A DNA stretch of 64,000 nt from Mobula hypostoma (Eukaryota). This document shows positions 26,901-40,230 of the stretch, in pieces. A model generated the notes under the pieces. That model did no database searches and was not told the origin of the DNA. It saw only the letters and a program-made list of their open reading frames with translations. How positions within the stretch are numbered: the first letter of the stretch is position 1; every line of letters starts with the position of its first letter. The stretch covers positions 227,728,001 through 227,792,000 of the forward strand of contig NC_086097.1 of assembly GCF_963921235.1 (NCBI RefSeq). Direction: 5' to 3'. Made by a program: the position numbers and the translations under genes.

Positions 26901-28216
26901 GAATTGTGACAGTCACTCACTCAACTTGGTGGGTGTACATACAGCCGAGCAGGATACAATGATGGTCACATTTTTTGGAAGCTCTCTACGTGCTTTTCTC
27001 TCGTTCGACACAGTGCTGGGAAAAACACAAAAACACTGTGCCTGTGGTTGTTAAGTCGGAGTCCGAAACCAGGTGGAGTGCAAGGACAGAAGCAGTGAAG
27101 CCTGTCAACAAGTACTTCGAGGAGAAACAGTTCTCCAGGACATGATAGACGATGAAAACGAGACCAGTGAAACAAGAAGTGATGCTAGGCAGCTGTACAA
27201 CCACATGTTGAGTTATGATTTTCTGACTTTGCTAGGATTTGGAACAAAGTACTCATTCGCATTGACCGTATTCAAAAGAGGCTGCAAGATCCTAGCATGA
27301 ACTTCCACGATGCTGCCCTGGATTTGAAAGCCCTCCGAGATCATTTTTATGATGACAGAGAAGTGTTGGTCAGTAAGTCACTCGAAGAAGGAGTTGGTCT
27401 CTGTCAAGAATGGAATATTGAAGTTGGAAGACATCAGAGACGAAAGAAACCAATGGCTGATGAGAACTTGAGAGACGCTGGGTTAACAGGAGGAAATGGA
27501 AGGAGTTATGAAAGGAACACTCAACTCTCTTCACAGAGAAATGGACGAAAGGTTCGCTCATTTGCACAACACTGACGCCATGTTTGGGTTCCTTCTCGAT
27601 GTCGAGGGATTGTGTTACGGTGCCGACAGTGACAACCTACAGAAGAAGTGCAAAAATTTGGGCAAATTGTACAGCTCTGATGTTGATGGACAGCAGCTAT
27701 ATGAAGAAATTTTGGATTGCAGAATGTTGCTATCAAGGCAGGTCAACATGAAAATATCAAGACCTGAAGAGCTTCTTGAATTTATTGTTCAGTATGGAGA
27801 TGAGAGCATCTTCCCCAATCTTCGCATTGCTATTCAGATAATGCTAACCATCGTGGTATCCATCGCCAGCTGTGAGAGATCACTCAGCAAGTTAAAACTA
27901 ATACTTTCATATTTGAAAGCCTCCACGGGTCAAGGCAGACTCTGTGATTTTGTTCTGTTGAGTGTAGAAAGTGAAGAACCTGAAAAAACTGACTTTGATC
28001 ACATCATAGACCAATTTGCATCAGTGAAAGCAAGGAAGGTGCAGTTATAATTTTCATGTAGTGCCATAATTTGTTAATTAAAAGATTAACATGCTTGACT
28101 TGTATTTTTGAGCTGATATTATGGTGAATTTATCTAAAAGATGGGTGTCAGGTGTTTGGACAGGGGCACAATTTCAGTGCTTGCCAGAGGTGCTATTTTC
28201 CGTAGATACACCCCTG

Positions 28217-28770
28217 GTCAGACCCCACTTGGAGTACTGTGCTCAGTTCTGGTCACCTCACTACAGGAAGGACGTGGAAACCACAGAAAGGGTGCAGAGG
28301 AGATTTACAAGGATGTTGCCTGGATTGGGGAGCATGCCTTATGAGAATAGGTTGAGTGAACTCGGTCTTCTCTCCTTGGAGCGATGGAGGATGAGAGATG
28401 ACCTGATAGAGGTGTATAAGATGATGAGAGGCATTGATCGTGTGGATAGTCAGAGGCTTTTTCCCAGGGCTGAAATGGTTGCCACAAGAGGACACAGGTT
28501 TAAGGTGCTGGGGAATAGGTACAGAGGAGATGTCAGGGGTATGTTTTTTACGCAGAGATTGGTGAGTGTGTAGAATAAGCTGCTGGCGACAGTGGTGGAG
28601 GCGGATACGATAGGGTCTTTTAAGAGACTCCTGGATAGGTACATGGAGCTCAGAAAAATAGAGGGTTATGGGTAACCCAAGGTAATTTCTCAGGTAAGGA
28701 CATGTTCGGCATAGCATTATGGTCCGAAGGGCCTGTATTGTGCTGTAGGTTTTCTATGTTTCTATGTTTC
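28217..28770 (+). mobile_element. CR1 LINE, 3' part (continues 19560-20344)
   Basis: Resumes VRPHLEYCAQFWSP at the TSD; (TTTCTATG)n tail. Confidence 0.95.
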
Positions 28771-28804
28771 CTCTCCCTTATGGTCAGTATCCGAAACAAA
28801 TTCT

Positions 28805-28990
28805 GGTCAGTGACATGGTAGCATAGCTGTTAGGGGGGACACATTTACAGCTCAGGATCTCCTGGAGTTCGGAGTTCACCTCTGGTGCAGTCTGTAAGGA
28901 GTCTGTACATCTTCCCTGTGGAATGTGTGGGTTTCCCCCGGGAGCTCCAGTTTCCTCCCACAGTCCAAAGACATAATGAGTAAGGATTAC
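28805..28990 (+). mobile_element. V-SINE fragment
   Basis: GGGTTTCCCCCGGGAGCTCCAGTTTCCTCCCACAGTCCAAAGAC. Confidence 0.7.
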
Positions 28991-30519
28991 AAGTTAGACA
29001 GTGATAGGTGAAGCCAGCTGAGGGGGAGGGTGGGTGGGTGCAGAAGTAGGGATGAAGTGAGAAGCTGGGAGGTGATAGGTAGAAAACGTAAAGTGAGAAA
29101 CTGGAAGCTGGTAAGTGGAAAGAATCTAATAGGAGAGGAGAGTGGGCCATGGGAGAAAGGGCGGGGGGAAAGGCATCAGATGAAGATGATGAGCAGGTGA
29201 GGATTTTGTGAGTATTTGATTTGAGGTATGTACAATTACAATCATTATACCATAATTATTATCCATTTTGAGAAACACTGCTGAAAACAATGTTAATTGC
29301 ATTACGTGCTGCTTCTTCAGGATCACCACTGACTTCTACAGAGCTATACTGGGGAAACAGGAAATAGGAAAGCTTCTGTGGAGATCCCACCCCAGTCGTT
29401 TATGTCAACAGCTGCCTTGCATACTTTAGAGAGTAAATCAATCACAGAAGGCTGCACAGGGAGGTTAAACATGCTGGGAGCATAAAGACATTAAAAATGA
29501 ACATGCCTCCCATTTACTCCACCCACACAGATGCAACTCATCTGTCTATCAATTATCAAACTGGTCACACTGGATTGTAAATTCTTTTAAACAAGCAGAA
29601 AGAGAGCAACTAAAACCCAAACCACCAATCTGTTAAAAAGAGAGAGAATAACCCTTTCTAGCTGGTTACTATTAAATGTTAACTGCTCTGGAAGATTATC
29701 AAATATATTGAGAAAAATTATATTTATCTCTCTACTCTATAACCTGCTAAGACCAGAAACTGACAATCAGGGCAATAGGTTGAACTTTTTTAAAGGCATT
29801 GCATTAAATGCTTTATTGAACTAAACGTCACTGGGGGCAATTTAAGGAAATCAAATCTTGTCGGCTGGGAATACAAATCTGGAATCCACGCATGTACTTC
29901 CTCACAGTTTTCCATCTGTTAAAGTGATAGGCAGAAAATGATATGGGTCATACACCCAAATACTTTATAAACTTTTCCAGCTGCGAAAGCTTTGCCCTCG
30001 GAACACCTCACCTGGGAGAAGCATTTCTTCAAACCTCATGTGTTGACTGGGGCCTATTCTCTTTCAACTTCCAGGAGAAAGACTTTAGCACTGGTCTGAA
30101 TAGAAAGCATAGTTAACCAAAGTATTTGTTTCCAAATTGAAGGGAAAAAAAACTAAGATACTGTACAAACTTTAAAAGTGAGGAGAAGTTATAAAGAGAA
30201 AGAGCTCAGAGAATGGAGGCGTCAGATGGCTGAAGCCTGTCAGCAATGGAGAGTGCTGAGGGCTACCATGTTAGAGGGTCACATGAAACATCTGGTGAAG
30301 ATTACAGATGGAGGATGCCATGAAGCTGGAAAGCAATTTCAAACTGAGGATGAGAAAGCTGAACTTGAGGTCTGACCATTCTGGAAAGCAGTCAATGGGG
30401 GCAATGCATGAACAGGACTTAATAAGGAAGAATTTCAGATCATACCATCTTGGATGATATAATTTGCATATCATGCATTTTGGGAAATCGGTGAAGAAGA
30501 CATTGCAGAGTTTAGACCA

Positions 30520-31236
30520 GAAGACATAGGAACATAATTAGGCCAATTGGCCCGTTGTATCTGTTCCACCATTCCATCATGGCTAATTTATTACTCCTCT
30601 CAAGTCCATTCTCCTACCTCCCTCAGTAACCTTTGATGTCATTACTAATCAAAAACCTTTGCTTTAAATCTACAAAATCACTTAGCCTCCACAGACGTCT
30701 GTGACAATGATTTCTACACCACTCTCTGGCTAAAGAAATTCCTCTGTTCTAAAGAGGAATCCTTCTAATCTGATGCTGTGCCCTCTGGCTCTAGACTCCC
30801 CCACTATAGGAAACATCCTCTCCACTTCCACTCTAACTGGGCCTTTCAATATTCAATCCAGTTCAATGAGATTCCCCCCTCATTCTTCTAAACTCCAGCA
30901 AGTACAGAGACAGAGCCATCAAATGCGCCTGATATGTTAACACATTCATTCTCGGAATCAGTCTCGTGAATCTCCACTGGACCCTTTCTATCACCAGCAC
31001 ATCCTTCCTTAGTTAACGGGTCCAAAACTACTCACAATACTCCAAGTGCAGCCTTATAAAGCCTCATCATTAAGTCCTTGCCTTTTTGTTCTCGTCCTCT
31101 CAAAATGAATGTGAACATTGCATTTGGCTTCCTTGCCATTGACTGGACCTGCACTGACCAAAGTGCAAGACCATACGCTTCACTATACCATATTCCATCT
31201 ACCACTTCTTTGCCTAACCTCCTGGTCTATCTAAGT
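30520..31236 (-). mobile_element. CR1 3' half (continuation of 45420-47062)
   Basis: Starts ACTTAGAT-AGACCAGGAGGTTAGGCAAAGAAGTGG (consensus LDRL..WAKKW) and runs through CR1 C-terminal motifs to the tail. Confidence 0.8.
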
Positions 31237-31984
31237 CATTGCTTCCTAAACATCTTTGGGTTTTGCCCCCTTGGCTCCAGACCACATCCCCAGAACACCC
31301 CTCTCCCTCTCTGGCTATTACTTAAAAACTATAAAGTGTTCTGATTTACAATGCACAGTGAAAGAAAGTTGGAACAGAAAAGTCAAAGTGGTGACAGATA
31401 ATTGCAAAAATTATTCAAATCTAGTTAATGCTACAAATAAAATTATTTCTTTATTTAATTACAGTAAAACAACTTTTATCAACACTTTTAGACTGTACAT
31501 TAGCAGTCCAACTATTCACAACTTCATTGCTTTTTCACCTTTCGATGAGATGGACAGGGTCTGTGTAGTCAACAGTGTAATCAGCTTCTCAACATCAGGC
31601 TGAATGTCTCTCAGAAGAAGTCTCACATTCCTATGTTCAGTAATTTGCAGTCTGTTTCATTGCTTCAAGGAAGTTGAGCAACTGTAATGAAACCATACTC
31701 CACTAAATATGACATTGGAAAGGAAATAAAGAACATCTTGACCTTTTTCCACAGTGCCGGATAGCATTCAGGGATTTCTTTCTACCACCTAAAATTTTGA
31801 TATGATATTTTGAATCTGGGCTTCAGCTGAAAGTCATTTTCAGATGAGATCAGTTCTTCCTCCATCCTTCCTGTTAATTCCTCATTACATGATTTCAGGA
31901 GAGGATATATTACCAGTCTGGAATTTGGATTGCAAGGAGACCCTGAAATCTCTCTAACATGTCTTTTTGCAGCTCAGCCAGGTT
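31237..31984 (-). mobile_element. Charlie/Buster-type hAT transposon, 3' half
   Basis: LAELQKDMLERFQGLL.IQIPDW; KVKMFFISFPMSYLVE.GF; LLLRDIQPDVEKLI; degenerate TIR CATTGCTTCCTAAAC at 31237. Confidence 0.85.
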
Positions 31985-32026
31985 TGCGAGTTTGATGAGT
32001 GGGGACAGAAGAGAACCACTACTAGT

Positions 32027-32484
32027 TGACGGGATGTGCAGTTAAGTACGGAGTGAGAGACACTGAAGCAGATGAGCTGCTCACTGACTTTAATAGGAAC
32101 TGTGCAGAAAATAAGGGGATAAAAGAACAAGAAACACCAGGCTAACAGAGCTGTCAACTAGAACTGCAAATTAAAGCTAACACCAATACAGCAGCTTGGC
32201 CTTAGTAGCTTCGTACTAAATAAATACTGCTCCTTAACAAGTGTCAGGCTAAACTGTAGCCTTCTTTCCCGGAGCCAGGACAACAGCAAGTAGGGAATGT
32301 AGATGTCGCGGTGCTTTTGGTGAAGTGTTGACAAAACTGTAATGAGGGGCAAGGAGTTAAATACCACCACGGTGTAATACTAATTGGCTGGAACATGCAT
32401 ACCCACCAGTGTGATTGCCAAACACATTCTGCAGTCCGCCTGCAAGGGCACGTAAACCCCGCGACAAAGTCTGTGGTTGCGTCA
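32027..32484 (-). mobile_element. Gypsy 3' LTR (LTR-B)
   Basis: TGACG...CGTCA termini; purine tract AAGGAAGGGG just upstream; ATTAAA; homologous to 48851-49225. Confidence 0.8.
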
Positions 32485-34016
32485 GGGCCCCTTCCTTAGA
32501 TTTAGCTCGCGAGGTGCCAGAGACCAGTGCCTACTTTAAGTCCTGGATGTGAGACTTGTCCTGGATATCATTAACCAGAATTCAAGAATGTTTCTAGCAC
32601 CATAGCTCTCCAAATTCTTAATATACTGGACCCTGCCCTGTACCCAGCAAGATGGCAGGAGGCACAGCACAGGATAGACCAGAAAACCATCCACCAAGCA
32701 GGGAGGAAGTGAGGGGGATGTGACTGGAACAAGGGGGAGGTAGTCACTGACTTAGAACATAGAACATAGAATAGTACAGCACATTACAGGCCCTTCGGCC
32801 CACAATGTTGTGCTGACCCTCAGACCCTGCCTCCCATATAAGCCCCCACCTTAAATTCCTCCATATACCTGTCTAGTATTTTCTTAAACTTCACGAGTAT
32901 ATCTGCCTCCACCACTGACTCAGGCAGTGCATTCTACGCACCAACCACTCTCTGAATAAAAAACCTTCCTCTAATATCCCCCTTGAACTTCCCATCCCTT
33001 ACCTTAAAGCCATGTCCTCTTGTATTGAGCAGTGGTGCCCTTGGGAAGAGGCACTGGCTATCCACTCTATCTATTCCTCTTATTATCTTGTACACCTCTA
33101 TCATGTCTCCTCTCATCCTCCTTCTCTCCAAAGAGTAAAGCCCTAGCTCCCTTAATCTCTGATCATAATGCATACTCTCTAAACCAGGCAGCGTCCTGGT
33201 AAATCTCCTCTGTACCCTTTCCAATGCTTCCACATCCTTCCTATAGTGAGGCAACCAGAACTGGACACAATACTCCAAGTGTGGCCTAACCAGAGTTTTA
33301 TAGAGCTGCATCATTACATCGCGGCTCTTAAACTCTATCCCTCGACTTATGAAAGCTAACACCCCATAAGCTTTTTTAACTACCCTATCCAGCTGTGAAT
33401 CTGAGTTCAAGTTTCTCAGACTTGAACTGAGAAACGTGGAACACTGGAATTATCTTCATTGATGATGGTAGGCGCCACCTACTTTATATGAGACCTTGTT
33501 AACAGCCTTCTCCATATGAATGGCTCTACGTTACATGGGGCCACCATGTGGCTTTCAGCTTTAAAGGGAAGATCGCTAGATGTCAGCCAGACTTTCTCCC
33601 CTGGCATGAGAAGCTTCACCTGTCAGTAGAGCCAATCTGCCTGCCAGGCATGTTCTCAGCACAGAGCAGAGAAGCCCTGGCCCGAATCCACGTGTGCTTG
33701 TAGCGTTGGACCAACTGTTCAGCAGCAGAAACTCCCATGTCAGTCTCCTGGTCAGGGAAGAGCAGTGGCTGGAATCCTTTCTGGCATTCAAAGGGGGACA
33801 TACCAATGGAGGAAAACTGGAATTTATTACCCAAACCAATTGGAAGCTCCAGGACGTGGGGCTGGAAGAGGCAAGGCAGCTCAGGGTTCTCTCCAGCTCC
33901 TGATTCACTCTCTCAGTCTTGCCGTAACATTGGGGGTGGAGAGGCTAGCTGTGGCTCCCACAAGAGAAGAAAAGCCCTTCCAAAAACAGGACGTGAACTT
34001 TGGTCTGCCTCTGTGA
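32485..34016 (-). mobile_element. Gypsy internal remnant (integrase core and C-terminal part), interrupted by CR1
   Basis: KFTSCFWK.FSSLVGAT.SLS; MNQELERTLSCL; GMSPFECQKGFQP.LFP. Confidence 0.8.
32754..33395 (-). mobile_element. Young CR1 3' fragment
   Basis: ORF 32934-33410; (TAGAACA)n tail; nearly identical to 41874-42648. Confidence 0.95.
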
Positions 34017-34380
34017 CTCAGAAGGGAAGGGGGAAGAAGGGGCACGCTGTGGTGATAGGGGATTCATTAGTTAGAGGAACAGACAGGAGATTCTGTGTGA
34101 GAACGAGATTCCCAGTTGGTATATTGCCTCCTGGGTGCCAGGGTCTGGGACATCTCAGATCGAGTCCTCAGCATTCTTAAGTGGGAGGGTGAACAGCCAG
34201 AAGTCGTGGTCCATATAGGCACCCATGACATGGGTAGGAGAAGTAATGAGATCCTACATAGGGAGTTCAGGGAGTTAGCTGCTAACTTAAAGGGCGCTAC
34301 CTCCAGGATTGTGATTTCAGGATTGCTACCTGTGCCATGTGCTAGTGAGGCCAGAACCAGGAAGATTATACAGTTAAACA

Positions 34381-35110
34381 GACTTGGGGGTCCTCGTACA
34401 GGAAATCCTTAAGGGTAACCTCCAGGTTGAGTCGGTGGTGAAGAAGGCGAATGCAATGTTGGCATTCATTTCTAGAGGAATAGAGTATAGGAGCAGGGAT
34501 GTGATGTTGAGGCTGTTTAAGGCGCTGGTGAGATCTCACTTAGAGTACTGTGGGCAGTTTTGGTCTCCTTAATTAAGAAAGGATGTGCTGACGTTGGAGA
34601 GGGTACAGAGAAGATTCACGAGAATAATTCTGGGAATGAGAGGGTTAACATATGAGGAACGTTTGTCTGCTCTTGGACTGTATTCCTTGGAGTTTAGAAG
34701 AATGAGGGGAGACCTCATAGAAACATTTTGAATGTTGAAAGGCATGGACAGAGTGGATATGGCAAAGTTGTTTCCCATGATGGGGGAGTCTAGTACAAGA
34801 GGGCATGACTTAAGGATTGAAGGGCACCCATTCAGAACAGAGATGCAAAGAAATTTTTTTAGCCAGAGGGTGGTGAATCTATGGAATTTGTTGCCACGGG
34901 CGGGAGTGGAAGCCAAGTCATTGGGTGTATTTACGGCAAAGATTGATAGGTATCTGAGTAGCCAGGGCATCAAAGGTTATGGTGAGAAGGTGGGGGAGTG
35001 GAACTAAATGGGAGAATGGATCAGCTCATGATAAAATGGTGGAGCAGACTCGTTGGGCCGAATGGCCGACTTCTGCTCCTTTGTCTTATGCTTTTATGGT
35101 CTTATGGTCT
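34381..35110 (+). mobile_element. CR1 3' fragment nested in CR1 ORF1
   Basis: KKANAMLAFISRG...VVNLWNLLP; (TTATGGTC)n tail. Confidence 0.9.
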
Positions 35111-35189
35111 TAAAGACATGACTAAGGAGTTGGTGTAGGAGGGAAGGCATAAGATTTTTGGATCATAGGGCTCTCTTCCAGGGCAGAGA

Positions 35190-36435
35190 TGAAGTCATCC
35201 ACTTTGGTTCTCACCGATACACAGGAGGCCACAATGGGGGCACTGGATGGAGACTCTTGTGCTGGACATGGAGGCTGGTGGGGCGGTAGGTGAGGACAAG
35301 AGGAACTCTATCCCTGGTAGGGTGGTGAGAGGATGGGGTAAGAGTGGACATGCATGAAATGGAAGAGATGCGGTTGAGGGCAGCATTGATGGTGGAGGAA
35401 GGGAAACCCCTTTCTTTGAAAAAGGAGGACATCTCGATTAGGAGATGGAGGAATTGAGAGAAGGGGGTGGGGTTTTTAAAAGTAACAGAATGGGACGAGA
35501 TATAGTCCAGATAGCTGTGGGAGTCCGTGGGTTTGTTAAAGACATCAGTAGATACACTGTCTCGTGATAAAGACAGCTAGATCAAGAAAGGTGGTGTCAG
35601 AAATGGGCCAAGTAAATTTGAGGGCAGAGTGGAAGTTGGAGGCAATGTGGATGAAGTTGACAAGTTCAGCATGGGTTCAGGAAGCTGCAGCAATGCAGTT
35701 GTTGATGTAGCATAGGAAATGTGTGGGGCGGTCACCAACGTAGGCTTGGAACAAAGACTGTTCCATGTAGCCAACAAACAGGCAGGCATAGCCTGGAGGA
35801 GCCAAAGGAGAAATTATTGAGAGTGAGGACAAGTTCCGCTAGATGGAGGAGAGTGGCGGTGGAGGGGAACTAGTTGGGTCTGGTGACCAGAGAAAAAAAA
35901 AACAGAGAGCTTTAAGGCCTTCATGGTGGGGGATGGAGGTGTATAAAGACTGGACATCCATAATAAAAATAAGATGATTGGGGCCAGGGAACCTGAAATC
36001 ACTGAAAAGATCCGGAGAGTGTGAAGTGTCACAGATGTAGGTAGGAAAGGACTGAACTTGGGGGGGGGGGTAGATAAAACAGAATCAAGGTATGCAGATA
36101 TGAGTTCAGTGGGGCAAGAACAAGCTGAGACAATGGGTCTACCTGGACAAGCTGGTTTGTGGACCTTGGGTAGGAGGTAGAAACAAGAGGTGTGAGGTAC
36201 GGGAACTATGAGGTTGGCGGTGGTGGATGCGTGATCTGGAGGAACCCAGCAGGCCAGGCAGCATCTATGGAAAAAAGTACAGTCAATACTACAGGCCGAG
36301 ATCCTTCAGCAGGTCTGGAGAAAAGAAGATGAGGAGTCAAAGTTAGAAGGTGGGGGGAAGGGAGGGAGAAACACAAGGTGATAGTTGAAACCGGGAGGGG
36401 GAAGGGGTGAAGAAAAGAGTTGGGAAGTTGATTCT
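35190..36435 (-). mobile_element. Penelope-like fragments (RT/GIY-YIG pieces plus terminal repeat)
   Basis: MSSFFKERGFPSS, RDRVPLVLTY, CGLLCIGE; terminal repeat at ~36235-36330. Confidence 0.8.
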
Positions 36436-39259
36436 CCTGCCCTGTATTTCTTTCATAAATCCTAGCAGGAAGGTCTGTTAAATCTGTATGATGGGGATGA
36501 AACTAGAGTTGTAGCGGGGTGGGAAACAAATTGGCAGAACACATAGTAGAGAAGTTTTGGAGGAAGATGTTGGAAAGACCTCAGACACAGTAAGGAATCA
36601 AAAATTTGAGCATGCTGCAACTAGTGTCCTGAGCTGCGTATGTTACAATGTAAGAAGAATGTCAGTGGACACAATTGAAAAGGGTAAATACAGGACTGAA
36701 GGTGCTATTTTTTTGAATGTGCGCAGCAAACGGAATAAAGTAGATGAACTTGTAGCATAGTTACAGATCGGCATGTACGATGTTGTAGGCATCACTGAAT
36801 CATGACTGGAAGAAGATTATAGCTGGGAGCTTAATGTCCACGGATACACATTGTATCGACAGGACAGGCAGGAAGGCAAAGGGGGCATCATTGCTTTGTT
36901 GGTAAAAAATGAAATCAAATCGTTAGGAAGATGTGACATAAGGTCAGAAGGAATTGAATCTTTGTGGATAGAGCTATGGAACTGCAAGGGTAAAAAGACT
37001 CTGATGGAAGTTGTAGACAGACCCCCAAACAGTGTTACGGACATGGTCTTCAAATTACAACGGGAGATGGAAAATGCATGCAGAAAGGGCAATGTTACAA
37101 TAGTCACAGGGGATTTCAATATGTAAGTAGATTGGGAAATTCAGGTTGGTGCTGGATTCCAAGAGGGGGATTTTCTAGAATGCCTACAAGATGCCTTTTT
37201 AGAGCAGCTCATTGTTGAGCCCACAAGAAGATCAGATATTCTGGGTTGGGTGTTGTGCAATGAACCAGAATGGATTAGAGTGCTTAAGGTAAAACATCAC
37301 TTAGGGGGAAGTGATCATAATATGACCAAATTCTCCCTGAACCTTGAGAAGGAGAAGCTAAAGTCAGTATAACAGTGGAGAAAAAGGGAACTACAGAGGC
37401 ATGAGAGAGGAGTTGCCCAGAGCTGATGAGAAAAGAACACTCTCAGGGAGGACGGCAGAGCAGCAATGGCCGGTATTTCTGGAAGGAATTTGGAAGGCAC
37501 ATGATATATACTACATACAACCCAAAGAGGAAGAAGCATTCCATAGGCAACATGACACAACCGTGGCTAACAAGAGAAATCAAAGCCAACGTAAAAGCCA
37601 AAGAGAGGGCATATAATAGAGTAAAAATCTGTGGGAAGTTAGAAGGTCAGGAAGCTTTTAGAAACTAACAGAAGGCAACTAAAAAAGTCATTAAGAAGTT
37701 TAAGACATTAAGACATAGGTACAGAATTAGGCCATTCAGCCCATCAAAGATGAGATTGTTGTCTGCTTTAATATTATTTGTTATCTTTTTTACATATTCT
37801 TCAGATATATAAAGCATAAAAGAGAAGTGAAAGCGCATATCAGACTGCTGGAAAATGATAGTGGAGAGATAGTAATAGAGGACACGGAAATAGTAGACAA
37901 GCCGAATAAGTATTTTGCTTCAGTCTTCACTATGGAAAATAATTCTTCAATGCCAATCTTGAAAAAAATGCTTGTCCAGGTACCAACGGGAGACTAACTG
38001 AAACTCCTGGGCTGCTTCAGTGCCAGGCTCAGAAAAGATGAAATCCTTTGGAAGAGGATGATTGGCAAGGAAAAAAATAGAGCTAGCTGACTGCAATGAG
38101 CTACGTTTCTGACAAAATGCCTGAAACCCTATTTTGTCAGAAATGGTACAAGTCTATTGCAAAACGTCTGATCCAGGCATTAGCTAATGTATGCCACTGA
38201 GTAGGATTCAACAAGATGTCTGCAGTACTGACAGCATGATAAGTTCTCATAACCACTATCTATTCTGTCCTGTTATCTTCATAATTTAGGCCTGGCCCTA
38301 AATTTAATATAGAAGATCTCAAGGACCCAACAAAGACAGATCTTTTCAGACAGTATCTTATAAAATTTCATCTAAAACGCAATGACCTATAAATTACATC
38401 CTACCATGAAGAAATGTATAATAGTGTAGGATTATGTGGAGGTCTTGTGTTGTATTAGATTTTGTAAATCATTGGATGAATGTCCAGAAGGTCAAAATGA
38501 CAATTTAGCTCTTTCTGATCTTGTAGCACCCAGGGTCTATTAGTGACAAAATGTCTAGTAGTCACTTGGAGAGCTAAGTTGATGGATTCTTTCTCATGTC
38601 TGCATTCGAGCTTATTGTTTATGTCTGTAGACGTTAATGTTCTTTTGAAAACTCCGAGGAATGTTGTGTCCAAAGCATTGGAATACTATTGAATGTCGAG
38701 TAACCATTAAATTGTCTAATTGTTTTATGAGGACTCTATTGTTTGGTCTGAACAGGCTTAGTTAATGTAGGATCAAAGAGTTTGTCTGTCTCTGCACTTG
38801 TGAAACTCGTGCCTGTAGTAGTTCCTTTCCCAGTTTCATTGGACGTCAACCAAGGGCCAGAAATTCCATTTGGTGCCTAAGACCCAGGGGTGGTTTCACG
38901 AACGAGTTGGAATTCGGAGCTCCCCCAACAGCAACAATCAAGTGAGCCCTGAAATCTTTATGCCTTGCAGAAGTCTTTGTGACTTGATATGTTGTATTTT
39001 GTGTGGTTTATTTGTGCATTCTGTCCATAATAAACAAGGTGTAAATTATTACCACATCTCTTTAACACTCAAATCATTTGAGTCTGATTAATCCTGCCCA
39101 GTACAGGACCTTTGATGATATTTTGCTGAAAAAGGACAGCCATTTCCTTGCCTTTGTGATACATAAAGGGTCCCACAAATATTGAAATCCTTTGCCTTCC
39201 ACATGGTGACAATGTAGGTATCACAGGTTAGATGTAGGTATACAAGCCATCCCTTCTCT

Positions 39260-40230
39260 GCAGGTTCCATCTTCCCTAGAAGAAAGCCCAATTATCTAAA
39301 AATCTTACGCTCTCTCATTCCTACACCAACTCCTTAACCACGTATTAAACTGTATCTTTTCCTAAGTCTGACCTCACTAGCATTTGGCATGGGTAGAAAT
39401 CCTGAGATCTCAACCCTAGAGGTCCTGCCCTTTAACTTAACACCTAACACACTGAACCCCCTGTGCAGAGCTACATCACTCGTTCTATCCATGTCATTGG
39501 TACCTATATGGATTACGACCTCTGGCTGTTCACCACCCCCCATAAGAATGCTGAGGTCTCGATCAGAGACATCCCAGACCCTGGCACCTGAGAGGCAACA
39601 TACCATCTGGGAATCTTGTTCTTACGGACAGAACCTCCTACCTGTTCTTCTAACTAACTAAACTCCTATCACCACAGTGTACATTTTATCTCCCTTTCCC
39701 TTCGGAGTCACAGAGCCAGACTCAGTGCCAGGGACCTGCCACCGTGACTTTCCTCTGTTAGGTTAACCACTCCGACAGTATCTAAACTGATAGACCCGTT
39801 GTTGATGGAGGTGGCTACAGGGGTACTCTGCACTGGCTATCTAAGTCCTTTCCCCTTACTGACTGTCACCCAGCTTCCTGCATCCTGGGTGTAACTAACT
39901 CTCTACATGTTCTATCTATCACCCCTTCAGCCTCCCGAATGATCTGGAGTTCATCCAGTTCCAGCTCCAACTCCTCAACATAGCGTGTTAGAAGTTGCAG
40001 CTGGTTGCACTTCTCACAGATGTAGTCGTCAGGGACACAAGGAAGTCTCCCTGCCTTCCCACATCCTGCGAGAGGAGCATTCCGCTATCCTGCCTGGCAT
40101 CTCTTCTGTCCTAGCTGTGCAGGTATACAGAAGGGGAGGAGAAAAAAAAACTTAACCTAGTGTTTTTCCTTTCTTTTGCTTTCCCTGATGGAAGCCTCTC
40201 TTCGCTGAAGCCTCGAAGAATATCATGCCT
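39260..40230 (-). mobile_element. CR1 5' end/ORF1 (zinc finger + esterase)
   Basis: CSSCRMW...CEKC; MVCCLSGARV..EQPEVVIHIGTND. Confidence 0.8.

Larger units (their letters stand above)
20552..28050 (+). pseudogene. hAT transposase pseudogene (TTF zinc finger, DUF4371-like core, C-terminal dimerization region), split by L1
   Basis: RSWLVYS..KKSAFCICC; LRGHRE; YLSPGVQNEFI; FDSTPD; CYDNAAVM; NCDNHSLNL; ASCERSLSKLK; several stops and frameshifts. Confidence 0.9.
20345..28216 (+). mobile_element. hAT DNA transposon (Tip100/ZMYM1-like transposase), full length, with nested L1
   Basis: Imperfect TIRs CAGTGGCATATCTAAG / CGTAGATACACCCCTG; perfect 8-bp TSD GTCAGACC at 20337-20344 and 28217-28224. Confidence 0.95.
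34003..37940 (+). mobile_element. CR1 LINE spanning ORF1 esterase to ORF2 endonuclease, 3'-truncated, with two nested inserts
   Basis: VVIGDSLVRG, GARV, VHIGTHD (SGNH/GDSL-like); ORF1 resumes at ~35112 and ~36450; EN motifs LNVRS.RNK, GDFN, SDH. Confidence 0.85.

Noticed and set aside
20552..28050. Host ZMYM1-like domesticated gene with an intron
   Set aside because: TIRs, TSD, stops and frameshifts are present; the apparent intron is an L1 with a TSD
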